64,000 nt of DNA from a virus, in the IMG/VR virus record IMGVR_UViG_3300037119_003505, positions 3,733 through 67,732 of that record; one strand, given 5' to 3'. Within the stretch, counting starts at the first letter, position 1. Each line of letters opens with the position of its first letter. Shown in pieces: positions 37,177 to 46,170 of the stretch. The position numbers and the translations under genes are program-made. The notes below the pieces were generated by a model. The model worked only from the letters and a program-made list of their open reading frames with translations, searched no databases and had not been told where the DNA came from.

Positions 37177-37731
37177 GTGAAGCACCGTCGCCCTCCCTTA
37201 CCGCATTGGAGGTCGCCAAAAGGAACGTGCCGATGGTGCGGCGAGCTCGTGCTGAAGGTGGACGGCAGTGCCTCGACGGGCCGCTGGCATCCCGCCTGCG
37301 TGACGGCCTACAAGATCGCCGCATGGCCGGCAGAGGCGCGGGTTGCGGTGTACAAGAAAGACAAGGGCCGCTGTGTGTGCTGTCGCCTGCGAGTTGGAGA
37401 CTTTCGCAACATCCTGAACGCTTGGCACTGGAGCGTCCGTCATGGCGTCGGCGCGACGGTTGAGCAAAGCGGACAAGCAATCGCAACGCTGAATCGACAC
37501 GCGGCACGGTTGAGGACCGCATGGGAGTCTCGGAACCGAAAGTGGCAGTGCGACCACATCGTAGAGCTAAAGGACAGCGACCGCAGTCTCGCGCACTGGA
37601 GCGTCGCCAACATGCAGGTGCTGTGTTGCGCCTGCCACGCGGCCAAAAGCGCTGCCAGCAGGCGACAGCGCAGCCAGAAGGCCATCCTCAGCCCCAAGCC
37701 GACCGCTCCCCAGCAGAAGGAGCTTTGGTGA
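37177..37731 (+). CDS. HNH endonuclease
   Basis: CRWCG, CVCC, WQCDHIVEL, NMQVLCCACHAAKS; GTG start inferred. Confidence 0.8.
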   Translation: MKHRRPPLPHWRSPKGTCRWCGELVLKVDGSASTGRWHPACVTAYKIAAWPAEARVAVYKKDKGRCVCCRLRVGDFRNILNAWHWSVRHGVGATVEQSGQAIATLNRHAARLRTAWESRNRKWQCDHIVELKDSDRSLAHWSVANMQVLCCACHAAKSAASRRQRSQKAILSPKPTAPQQKELW

Positions 37732-38060
37732 AGTCGTTCCTCAAGCCAAAAGGCCCGAGGTTCGCCAAAGCCTTCAAGGTGCTGTTGCAAGATCCCCGCA
37801 TCAGCCCATCGGCCAAGACGCTGCTGTTTCTCCTCAAGGCCCACGCCGACCAAAACGGTCGCTGCTTCCCGTCCCTGAAGACGCTCTGCGGTTGTCTCGG
37901 CGCAAGCCGCAACTCTGTGCTGAAGTGGCTGAAGGAACTGGTGGCGTTCCGCCTCATCCGTGTGGAGCAACAACACATCGGTGCCGCCCACCTCAACAAC
38001 ATCTACTGGATCGAAGACCTGCATTTCGCCCAGCACCTCGCCAAACCATTCAGGCGGTAG
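37728..38060 (+). CDS. Winged-HTH (HTH_36-like) replication initiator-like protein, possibly truncated
   Basis: DPRISPSAKTLLFLL...CFPSLKTLCGCLGASRNSVLKWLKEL...NIYWI. Confidence 0.7.
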   Translation: MKSFLKPKGPRFAKAFKVLLQDPRISPSAKTLLFLLKAHADQNGRCFPSLKTLCGCLGASRNSVLKWLKELVAFRLIRVEQQHIGAAHLNNIYWIEDLHFAQHLAKPFRR

Positions 38061-38588
38061 TGCAGATTTTGAACCACCCCCTAGTTCAAATTCTGAACCC
38101 CAAGGAGATCTAGTTGAAGCAGAAGCGGAACCGCTGCCGAACCGTTGCCGCCGCAGCCCTGTTGCGTGACCGCTACGGCGTCTGCGCAGCGAACATGCGG
38201 CTGTTGCGAGATACGGTTCAGGAAGGTTAAGGACACGCTGAGGCCAAGGGACAATTTTTTACAGGAATTTTTGTGATGGCTTGCCTACTTATACGTATGC
38301 GTACCACGTTTCCCCCTACCGATCCACCCTCCCCCTGTCACTGTTTCCAGCCCCGCAGCAGCCCCGCCAGCAGCGGCGCGGCTCCTCGCTGCTATGCTGC
38401 GCCCATGTGCAGGGCCGGCGCTAGCACGGGGCTGCGGTGTAGCGGCTGCTGTTACTGTAGCGGCTGGAATGCAGGTGATCGGATCGTGGCCGTTCTGCGC
38501 TGTTCTGCTCTATGGTTTGTCGAGTGACGTTGCGGGACAGGCACTTACGAAGCAATTCCACATGACCGATATTGTCAACCGGTTATCA

Positions 38589-38698
38589 GTTCCACAGCTT
38601 TTCGAGATGTTCCACGCGCAGTTCTTACGGCGGCTACGTAAATAGTCGAGTTGTCGCGGACTTAGCGTAAGTTCTACGTGGAACATGGGGTGGAACAT
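38589..38698. promoter_or_regulatory. Cluster of GTTCCAC/GTGGAAC half-sites including a parS-like palindrome AGTTCTACGTGGAACA (38670-38685)
   Basis: 14/16 match to TGTTCCACGTGGAACA; four half-sites within 110 bp. Confidence 0.45.
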
Positions 38699-38767
38699 GA
38701 AGGCTAGATTCTATCCAGCTGGATACTTTCTATCCACTGCGCTAGTAACGCGCTTGTGCTGTTGCCG

Positions 38768-39328
38768 TTAACGCCTCGCATCTCGTGCTCTGCCGCCGTT
38801 CCATGAGTCGTTCTTGCTCCAGTTCTCGGCTGCCCAAAGCGGTTGCAAGTTGGTGAAGTGGAAGCACGCGGCTTGCTCTTTGGCGAGGAGCAGGTTGAAG
38901 CTGGCGCAAGGCCGGATATGATCGACGTGCCACTCGCCGTGATTCTGCCAAGTCATACCTGGCTTGAACTGCTTCTCGATGTGCGCTCGTAGTTCATCTG
39001 ATGTGCATCCGACAAGCTGCGCGGATCGGCTGTGCTTGCGCTTGCCTCTCAGGGCTTGACCGGCGCGAGCGCGAACCGTCATCATCATCTTGAATGCCGG
39101 ATCGTTCTTGAGCCTGTCGCGTACGTATCGGAGGTTGTTCACGCGCTGATTCTCGTTCAGGTGACGGCGAGCAGCCTTTACGAATACGGGATCGGACTCT
39201 ACGCGGCGGATGATCGGCCCGAGTCGGTCAAGTGTGCCGTCTGGGTTGCGTTTGGTTTCCGGCTTGAACAGCGGAAGCAGTGCTTGTCCTTTGTGGCTTT
39301 GGGCTGGCGGCGGATTCGGGTATGGCAT
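38768..39328 (-). CDS. HNH homing-type endonuclease
   Basis: GMTWQNHGEWHVDHIRPCASF...FHFTNLQPLWAAENWSK. Confidence 0.85.
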   Translation of the reverse strand: MPYPNPPPAQSHKGQALLPLFKPETKRNPDGTLDRLGPIIRRVESDPVFVKAARRHLNENQRVNNLRYVRDRLKNDPAFKMMMTVRARAGQALRGKRKHSRSAQLVGCTSDELRAHIEKQFKPGMTWQNHGEWHVDHIRPCASFNLLLAKEQAACFHFTNLQPLWAAENWSKNDSWNGGRARDARR

Positions 39329-39577
39329 CCGCCACAGTGGCACGTTTCCGCAGCTCTGCAACGCGCTGTACGCCCCGTGGTACGCCTTGAACTGCTCCAG
39401 TCGGCTCTGTTCTGCGCTGTCCTGGTCTCGCTTTGTGGGGTGGCTTCTCTGTAGCGGGCCGCCGGTTGGCTCGTTTCCTTGGCTGTCCTGCTATTGCTTT
39501 GGGGCGGCTCGGCATCGGTACGCGACAAGCGCCGGCTTCTCCGCGTGAGACTGGCCGGCGCTTGAAGGTGAAGGCTG

Positions 39578-39778
39578 TTACTTTGTGGCGAGGGCTGTGT
39601 GCGTGGCTGCTGCCAGTTTCCGCTCTGCGATCTGCTGGGCTGGCTGGGTGTAGAGCGCGACTGATTCAATGATTGCGGACTTGGAGGCGACGCGCAGGGC
39701 TGCTTCATGATTCTCGGCGCGGATCAGTTGCGAGCCTTTGCGTCCGCGCTTTGTGCCGGTGACTTTCCAGAGCCTCAC
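39578..39778 (-). CDS. Small hypothetical protein
   Basis: GTG start overlapping upstream stop. Confidence 0.45.
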   Translation of the reverse strand: MRLWKVTGTKRGRKGSQLIRAENHEAALRVASKSAIIESVALYTQPAQQIAERKLAAATHTALATK

Positions 39779-40446
39779 GACTCGTCTCCCTTCATCGCAT
39801 CGGCCAGCGAGGCCAGCGAGCGGTTTGTCCGTTCTTCGTTCGGTGACTGTGCGGCGCTGGGTTGCCCGGTTTGCTTGTCGATTCGTAGGGTTGCGGGCGC
39901 GGGCGGCATGGTGATGCGTTTCCAGAGCAAGCACACGTCCCGGCTATCCCGGTATCCTGCCAGTTCGGGCCATTTGGCGATTTGGTCCTTGGATGCGTAT
40001 TTGACGCGGGCCGGCGCGCCATCGTCTGTCTCGCTCCATGCGTAGTGGTACTGATTCCACCATACGGCGATGCCCTTTGCCCTCGCGTCCTCGATGTCGG
40101 ACTCGCTGAACCGTTCGCCCTTCTCATTTCGGGACGTGTTGCCGATCACGCACTCGGCGCGGTCGATGCTTCGGAATTGCTGGCCGTTGATCTGTTGAGC
40201 CTGGCCGATGATGTCACGGCGCGCACCGACCGCTAGCAGTTCGTATCGTTCGCCGCCGATCTTTGCGGTGCGGGTTGGCTGTTCCGCGCCCTCGACTCTC
40301 AGGCATCCGTGGTTCTTTCCGCCGCAACTGCAACGGCATTCATCCTCGCGGGCGTGCCAGCAAGGTTCTCCGCAAGTGATGTCCGCCCAGACTGAGAACG
40401 TGACGCCCGGAATGCGGGGCGGTTCGAGACAGATCGTGAGGCTCAT
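39775..40446 (-). CDS. Hypothetical protein with CRCSCGGKNHG Zn motif
   Basis: CWHAREDECRCSCGGKNHG. Confidence 0.6.
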   Translation of the reverse strand: MSLTICLEPPRIPGVTFSVWADITCGEPCWHAREDECRCSCGGKNHGCLRVEGAEQPTRTAKIGGERYELLAVGARRDIIGQAQQINGQQFRSIDRAECVIGNTSRNEKGERFSESDIEDARAKGIAVWWNQYHYAWSETDDGAPARVKYASKDQIAKWPELAGYRDSRDVCLLWKRITMPPAPATLRIDKQTGQPSAAQSPNEERTNRSLASLADAMKGDES

Positions 40447-40447
40447 G

Positions 40448-41671
40448 TCAGTTGCCCTCCTTGTGCGCCAGTGCGGCCTTGGCTCGGGTGATGTCGCCAC
40501 GCTCGCAGTCCCTCGGCGATCCAGTCAGTTCGAGCAGCCGTTTGTCCATTGCTTCGGCTCCATAGACCAGTTCTTCGAGTGCCGTCCTCAGCTTCGCCGC
40601 TTCCGCCTCATGGCTCGCGCTGGCGTTCCGGGCGTTGTCGCGCTGGCTGACCAGGATCGCGACGGCTTCGGCGGGCGAGCAACCTTCAGCGGCTTCCCCG
40701 AGTTCTGCGCGCAGAGTGCCGATTGCATCCCAGCAACGTGCCGCGTGCGTCTCTGCCGTGGTTGTCAGCGGCGCGACTCCTCCGCACTCAGGGCAGAGTG
40801 AATCATATTGGCCGTGAGGCTGCCAAGGTCCGAGCTTTCCGCATGACTCGCAGGCACCATGCGTCACGCTTGCCAGTCCAGTACCGCCGATCGCCTTGTC
40901 GCCGGGCTGCGAGCCCCAGAGCGTTGCGCTGCTTGCCGGGATGCGGTCGCTCGGCGTGTGTGCCGGCTGCGCTGCGGTGGCGGGCACGGCAAAGCTCGGC
41001 TCCGGCTCGATGTCCGCACCTTCGCAAAGCCGATCCGCGTAAGCATTCACTTCGGCGAGGTCGGTTTCGAGGCTCGTTCCGTAGTCGCTGATAACGTCGT
41101 GACCGTCGTTGCCCATGACGAAAAAGACGAATGAGCCTTTGCCGTCCTTGTTGGTAATCAGTCTCGCCTCGTCAACTCCCATGATGGACTTGATCAAGGC
41201 CCGCTCATTGCCCATGCAGAGTTCGTCGCCGTCCCCGTCGTCAACCTGCAACGTGTAGCCTTTGGCTGTCAGGGCGCGGATCGTGGATCGGATGATCGCC
41301 ACTTCCATCCGAGCACGGCGCTTGACGCTTGGATCGTGGTTTGCGATCATGGCTTCGGCAAACTGCCGGTCTGATTCTGTTGCGGCATCCGCGACGGGCG
41401 CGGGGCTGCTTTGTGGCGGGCGCTCGACAAGCATCTGGTCTGCCTCGTCAAGTGCGCCGTGCATGGACTCGCCGCGTTCCGGCTTCCACGTGCAGCCGGT
41501 TGAACCGTTGGCCAGCTTCACACCTTGCAAGATCAACTCGCGGCCTTCTTGGAAAAGCTGCGTGCGGTTGAGGCTGTGCTTGTCGCGGAGTGTCGCGATG
41601 CGTTGTTCGATAGTCTGTGCGCCGGTCGTCGCTGGCGCTGCGTCTGGTAGTGGTGATGTAGTGGGTTTCAC
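40448..41671 (-). CDS. Mosaic early-type hypothetical protein
   Basis: GTG lies 6 nt after TTGCGA-N17-CAGATT; FVFFVMGNDGHDVISDY domain plus Zn knuckle and coil. Confidence 0.6.
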   Translation of the reverse strand: MKPTTSPLPDAAPATTGAQTIEQRIATLRDKHSLNRTQLFQEGRELILQGVKLANGSTGCTWKPERGESMHGALDEADQMLVERPPQSSPAPVADAATESDRQFAEAMIANHDPSVKRRARMEVAIIRSTIRALTAKGYTLQVDDGDGDELCMGNERALIKSIMGVDEARLITNKDGKGSFVFFVMGNDGHDVISDYGTSLETDLAEVNAYADRLCEGADIEPEPSFAVPATAAQPAHTPSDRIPASSATLWGSQPGDKAIGGTGLASVTHGACESCGKLGPWQPHGQYDSLCPECGGVAPLTTTAETHAARCWDAIGTLRAELGEAAEGCSPAEAVAILVSQRDNARNASASHEAEAAKLRTALEELVYGAEAMDKRLLELTGSPRDCERGDITRAKAALAHKEGN

Positions 41672-41882
41672 GCTGCTAATCTGAACGAAACCGATTCCAT
41701 TCGCAACAACAATCTTGCACTTTCTTTCGTGCCATGCTGTTCTTGTTTCTAGTTCGGTGCGGATTCGTTTCCGTTTGGCATGATGCCTGCTACGGAACTG
41801 TTTTCGCTCACGATGCGAAATCGTTTCCAGTTGGCACGCATCTTGTATTTGACGGATTCGGTTACGTTGATACAGTGTCGCC

Positions 41883-42086
41883 ATGACTGAACCCACGACA
41901 GAGCCACAGAACCAGGAACCCCACAAGTGCCGCGCCGCGCAGCAGCTTGGACGCCGCAACAAGGGCGTCCCAAAGAACATGAGCGCCGAGGCTTTTGCGC
42001 AGCGTCGCGCTGCTGCTGCCGCCAGCGTTGTTGAGAGGAAACAGAGGGCGCAACAGAGCGGAAACGCCTCTCAAAACACCCCTTGA
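41883..42086 (+). CDS. Small basic peptide (AAQQLGRRNKG type), leaderless
   Basis: ATG 6 nt after TTGACG-N16-TACAGT (41849-41876). Confidence 0.55.
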   Translation: MTEPTTEPQNQEPHKCRAAQQLGRRNKGVPKNMSAEAFAQRRAAAAASVVERKQRAQQSGNASQNTP

Positions 42087-42106
42087 AAAAAAGATCGAAA
42101 TAATCC

Positions 42107-42134
42107 TTGCGTAACGAAAACGCTTCCGTATTGT
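42107..42134 (+). promoter_or_regulatory. Promoter TTGCGT-N16-TATTGT (leaderless, early operon)
   Basis: A-tract upstream; GTG start 6 nt downstream. Confidence 0.65.
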
Positions 42135-42140
42135 GAGGAC

Positions 42141-42647
42141 GTGAAACACAACCTGACTACCACTAACGCCACGGCGCGATGCAGCCGCAACCTGACCCCC
42201 GAACAGACCGCGAAACGCGATGCCCGCCGCGCAGCGCTTCAGGCCCTCGCCAAACAGATCGCCGCGATGTCGCCCGATGCCCGCGCCGAACTGGCGGCAC
42301 GTTCGCCCATCGTCACCATCGAGGGCCGCGCCCTGTCGCCGTTCAATCAGTGCCTTGTGGCGATGCAGCTTCCGTCCGCTACGGTCGTTGGCGGCTTCCG
42401 GCAATGGCTCAAGGCTGGCCGCGCAGTGACGAAGGGTAAGCACGGCGCGAGCATCTGGGTGCCGTGCGGCGCGAAGTCCGCGCCCGATGCGGACGGTGAG
42501 CAGGCGACGGAAAAGACGTTCTTCACGTCCGGGGCTGTGTTTGACGTTTCGCAGACTGCCGAGATCGAGGACGCGAACGAGGACAGCGCGCCCGGCACTT
42601 GGGCGGACGTGATCGAAACGAATCCCGCAACTCTGCAACCCGCCTAA
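42141..42647 (+). CDS. ArdC N-terminal (ssDNA-binding, anti-restriction-associated) domain protein
   Basis: SPFNQCL, GGFRQWLKAGRAVTKG, VFDVSQT. Confidence 0.85.
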   Translation: MKHNLTTTNATARCSRNLTPEQTAKRDARRAALQALAKQIAAMSPDARAELAARSPIVTIEGRALSPFNQCLVAMQLPSATVVGGFRQWLKAGRAVTKGKHGASIWVPCGAKSAPDADGEQATEKTFFTSGAVFDVSQTAEIEDANEDSAPGTWADVIETNPATLQPA

Positions 42648-42650
42648 CCG

Positions 42651-43247
42651 ATGAAACTTCATTCTTCACCTTGGGGCGGCATACAGCATCAAAAGGAACT
42701 TGCGCCCGGCATCGTGGAAGTCTCCACGGCATCGCACGGCGGCATCTATTTGGACGACGACCGTTGGAGCGCGCTGAAAGCAATGTTCCCAATGGTGCAG
42801 CCTTGGGCTGGCGCGGGATGGCTGGAGGAGGATTGCGACTGGGCAATCGCGGCGCTCGCCTTCCCGTTCGCCTTTGATACGAAAAGCCAGATCGCAGCGG
42901 AAGACACCGTTCGCAACTGGCATCCTGAAGTGTGGGAGAAATACAAGGGCCGCGCCTTGCTTCCCGGCGAGTCCATGCGGCGCGACGAGGACACGTTTTA
43001 TGCCGCGAACGTCGGCAAGATGGCATCGTGCGCAGCGTGGGGAGACTGGCAGAAAGGCGTGCCGTCCGGCTTTGTCGGGCTGTGTGCGCGTCCGCTTCGC
43101 GCTCGCAAAGATACTCGCTACATTGCCGGCGATGATCGTTACTACTTGGTGCCGGAAGCCGAATACGACAAGCGCGGCGGCCAGCCATTTCTGATTCAGC
43201 CGCACCACGTCGAGGTTGCCAACTTCACGCTTCCAGTCGCAGCCTGA
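42651..43247 (+). CDS. DUF7007-like protein
   Basis: STASHGG, WLEEDCDWA, VRNWHP. Confidence 0.7.
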   Translation: MKLHSSPWGGIQHQKELAPGIVEVSTASHGGIYLDDDRWSALKAMFPMVQPWAGAGWLEEDCDWAIAALAFPFAFDTKSQIAAEDTVRNWHPEVWEKYKGRALLPGESMRRDEDTFYAANVGKMASCAAWGDWQKGVPSGFVGLCARPLRARKDTRYIAGDDRYYLVPEAEYDKRGGQPFLIQPHHVEVANFTLPVAA

Positions 43248-43328
43248 GTCCGTTCCCGTCCGCTCGCGGCTACGGTCGCGGGCGGCAGGGAGCGGTCACA
43301 CGCTTCGTAAAACTCAACACTTCAAACC

Positions 43329-43541
43329 ATGAACCACGAATCCGAAGATCAAAACCGCCTTCGCCGCTCAGCGGCGACAATCGCCACTTGTATGGAGCGC
43401 GAAAAAGAAGCCCGTAAAGCCCTTGCCGGCGCAGAGGCGGACACAAGGCGCGCCCGCGAGCGTCACAGTGAGCTATTCCAAGCCGCAGAAAATCGCGAAG
43501 TTGCGCGCCGTAAAGCGGACTACCGGCATTGCACCAATTAA
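43329..43541 (+). CDS. Small coiled-coil protein
   Basis: CAAACC-ATG start after hairpin. Confidence 0.55.
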   Translation: MNHESEDQNRLRRSAATIATCMEREKEARKALAGAEADTRRARERHSELFQAAENREVARRKADYRHCTN

Positions 43542-43545
43542 GACC

Positions 43546-44220
43546 ATGATCACAACCATCATCGAAGACGAGGCCGCGCTTTTGCCCGGCTCAACTCCAC
43601 TCGCGGCGTATGCCACGACGCCACACAAGACCATCGAGGAACTGTGCGCGATGGCGACGGCCCGCGCGGCGGCTGGAGAGCATCACGCCGACATCGTGCA
43701 AGACATCGTGAACGGGTACGCCTTGGGCTGGCAAAGCGCCAACCATCGAGCGATTGAAAGGGCGGCGAGGACGGCGAACGTGGCCCCGCTCCTCAGTGCC
43801 TCGCAGCGCGCCGTCATCGAACAGATCGCCGACGCGGGCCGTGATGCCGTGATCGTCGCGATCCGCAAGGCCCTCAAGGTCCGCAGCGGGAAGCCTTGGA
43901 GCGTCACTGGCGGGCGCGGTACCGCTTGGGGTTGGATCACCGTGGAGACACCGCCAGCGCGTCGGACGCAGCGGTGCAGGCTCAAGGCTGGGGCTGTGAC
44001 GAATTGGCCGGATGATTACGAAGTCTATGACAGCGGCGAACCCGGCGGCGGGATGCTGGTCGGTGATGCCGCTGAACTGGCTGCACTGCTCGGCATCGAG
44101 GCGCATCAGTGCCGCCAGCATTGGAGCATCCCGGCGCAACGGGACTTTCAGCGCGTCGCGCTCTGTCGGGCGATGCACGGGCACGCTGGCGGCTTCACGG
44201 CGGAAGCGAATTGGGACTGA
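43546..44220 (+). CDS. Hypothetical protein
   Basis: AAGACC-ATG start; VTGGRGTAWGWI motif. Confidence 0.55.
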   Translation: MITTIIEDEAALLPGSTPLAAYATTPHKTIEELCAMATARAAAGEHHADIVQDIVNGYALGWQSANHRAIERAARTANVAPLLSASQRAVIEQIADAGRDAVIVAIRKALKVRSGKPWSVTGGRGTAWGWITVETPPARRTQRCRLKAGAVTNWPDDYEVYDSGEPGGGMLVGDAAELAALLGIEAHQCRQHWSIPAQRDFQRVALCRAMHGHAGGFTAEANWD

Positions 44221-44223
44221 CCT

Positions 44224-44685
44224 ATGAAACACCAACCCATGACCCTTGAACAAGTGGAGACGCGGATCGCTTCCCTGTCCCGCAAAGATCGTTTCGCCGA
44301 TTCGTTCCCGCTTGGCTGCGGGCGCGGTGGGCGCCAGCGCCGAAGCAACAAGAGTATTGATCGCGGCATTGACGCATCTGTGCGGCGAGCGACTGAACTT
44401 GTGACGTTCTACAAGCGCCGCGACATCCTCGCAGCGCCAACGAAGCCCGAACGTCCGCGACCGACGAAAGAGCAGCAACAGCGGTACGCCCTCAAGTGGT
44501 TCGATTCGCTCAAGGTTGGCGATACCTACCAGCCCGGAAACTACCCGCTGCCGATCATCAAAAAGACGCTCGCTGCGATATTCACGGAAAATTGCCGTTG
44601 GTCGTTGCAGGAATTGACCGGCATCAAGCCTAAAGAGGCAGCCGCGCTCCGCGCTGTATCTGAAACCGTAACCGCAACCCTGTAG
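44224..44685 (+). CDS. Hypothetical protein
   Basis: In operon. Confidence 0.55.
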   Translation: MKHQPMTLEQVETRIASLSRKDRFADSFPLGCGRGGRQRRSNKSIDRGIDASVRRATELVTFYKRRDILAAPTKPERPRPTKEQQQRYALKWFDSLKVGDTYQPGNYPLPIIKKTLAAIFTENCRWSLQELTGIKPKEAAALRAVSETVTATL

Positions 44686-44772
44686 CAGTGCCCCGCCACA
44701 GCGTCCCGTGTCCGAGCACGGGCTGCTAGGCGCGGTTCTGCGCAACTGAAACCAGCTCCAACTCCAAACACT

Positions 44773-45504
44773 ATGACTAAAAAACTGATCAAACCAACGA
44801 AACGCCACGCCGTCAAAATCATCGAACTCCTGAGCCACGGCCTCACGGAAGGAAAGGGCGTACAGAAACCGGGCGAGATGTGCGTCGAGGCCGCTGTGTG
44901 CTTCGCGTTCGGGCTGCCGCACGGCGACAATCCGCCATGCGTCGGCAGTGCAGTGCGGGACTTCAAGATAAAACTGAACGACTGCCGATGGTCATCAAAT
45001 GAGGCGCGGGCGAACGGAATGCGGAAGCTGGCGATTGCGCAGATTGGCAGTAACGAGATCGATCAACGAAAGTTCGGCGAGATGATGTTTGTGCAGAGCA
45101 CGAAAAAACTTCTCCCGTTCGTCTTTCGCAAGATCGCCGATGATAAGGACGTGAAGAAAGAAGTGGCTGACAAGTATCGCGAACACGCGGCGCTTTGCGA
45201 AAAGTGCGTGACGTTGGATGACGCGAAGCGTGAGTCCGCATACGCATCCGCATCCGCATACGCATCCGCATACGCATCCGCATCCGCATCCGCATCCGCA
45301 TCCGCATACGCATCCGCATCCGCATCCGCATCCGCATCCGCATCCGCATACGCATCCGCATACGCATCCGCATCCGCATCCGCATCCGCATATTTCAAAA
45401 ACCACTTCGGCGATGAACTGCTGAACCTCACGGCAGGCGTTGGCCTCCAATGCCTTGTCGAACTCAAATCGCCGGGCTGTAAATGGCTGAACCTTTGCAA
45501 ATGA
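44773..45504 (+). CDS. Hypothetical protein with (SA/YA)n low-complexity tract
   Basis: CVEAAVC...GDNPPCVG N-terminal domain; repeat in frame. Confidence 0.65.
   Translation: MTKKLIKPTKRHAVKIIELLSHGLTEGKGVQKPGEMCVEAAVCFAFGLPHGDNPPCVGSAVRDFKIKLNDCRWSSNEARANGMRKLAIAQIGSNEIDQRKFGEMMFVQSTKKLLPFVFRKIADDKDVKKEVADKYREHAALCEKCVTLDDAKRESAYASASAYASAYASASASASASAYASASASASASASAYASAYASASASASAYFKNHFGDELLNLTAGVGLQCLVELKSPGCKWLNLCK
45235..45390 (+). repeat. 26 x 6-bp tandem repeat TCCGCA/TACGCA
   Basis: Read directly; 156 bp. Confidence 0.95.
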
Positions 45505-45532
45505 ACCGCCCCACCGCCACCGCAACCGCCAA

Positions 45533-45760
45533 ATGAACCCGTCACCACTCACGCCCTACGCGCTCAACGTCCTCAAGCTGGCGCAGGAGTCTGCCGCCGG
45601 ACTGCACAACGAACTGAAAGCCCTGAACACCGCCCTCACGACCAACGGCACCGGCACCGTCGCGGAACGGCTGGCGCACGTCATTTTGCTCGACGTGCTG
45701 CAAAAGCAGCAGATCGCCACGGACGCGCTGAACGAGCTGGCGGAAGCTGTGAAGGAGTAA
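45533..45760 (+). CDS. Small helical hypothetical protein
   Basis: In operon. Confidence 0.5.
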   Translation: MNPSPLTPYALNVLKLAQESAAGLHNELKALNTALTTNGTGTVAERLAHVILLDVLQKQQIATDALNELAEAVKE

Positions 45761-45764
45761 CGAT

Positions 45765-46016
45765 ATGGCCTCAACCTCACAGCCTCAGAATCCCGCACAC
45801 TCAACGGTCCCGTGTGACTGTGGACATCCCATCGCATCGTTTCGCGGCGAACGTCGCGGGATGCGGGTCTATCGGTGCGACAACTGCGATCGAATCGAAG
45901 ACGCGATCTCCACGCTTCGGAGCGACTACGTTCAGCGTAACAAGTTTCGCCTTGGCGCGCTCGGCGCTAGCGACATCGATCAAGCGCTCGCAATCCTCAC
46001 ACGAAAGGCCGAATGA
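45765..46016 (+). CDS. Small Zn-ribbon protein
   Basis: CDCG...CDNC; AAGGAG upstream. Confidence 0.5.
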   Translation: MASTSQPQNPAHSTVPCDCGHPIASFRGERRGMRVYRCDNCDRIEDAISTLRSDYVQRNKFRLGALGASDIDQALAILTRKAE

Positions 46017-46170
46017 AAACGCCCCTGCTACTCTGCATCCTCGACCTGTCGCACCTCCGCCGCCAGCCGTGGCGCGACACCGTGCTGTTCCTAAAGCGCA
46101 GTCACGGCCACCAGCCGGCGCGGAACTGTCGCGTGGTGCGGCGGCGCTTTGCACTGAAGCCGCAACTGAC

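Noticed and set aside
38700-38740. DnaA boxes
   Set aside because: Best match CTATCCACT is 7/9 and single; expected by chance
44963-45552. (MR)n, (CG/CV)n, (DA)n and (PH)n ORFs
   Set aside because: Other frames of the 6-bp microsatellite; only the frame with a folded N-terminal domain and a proper start was kept
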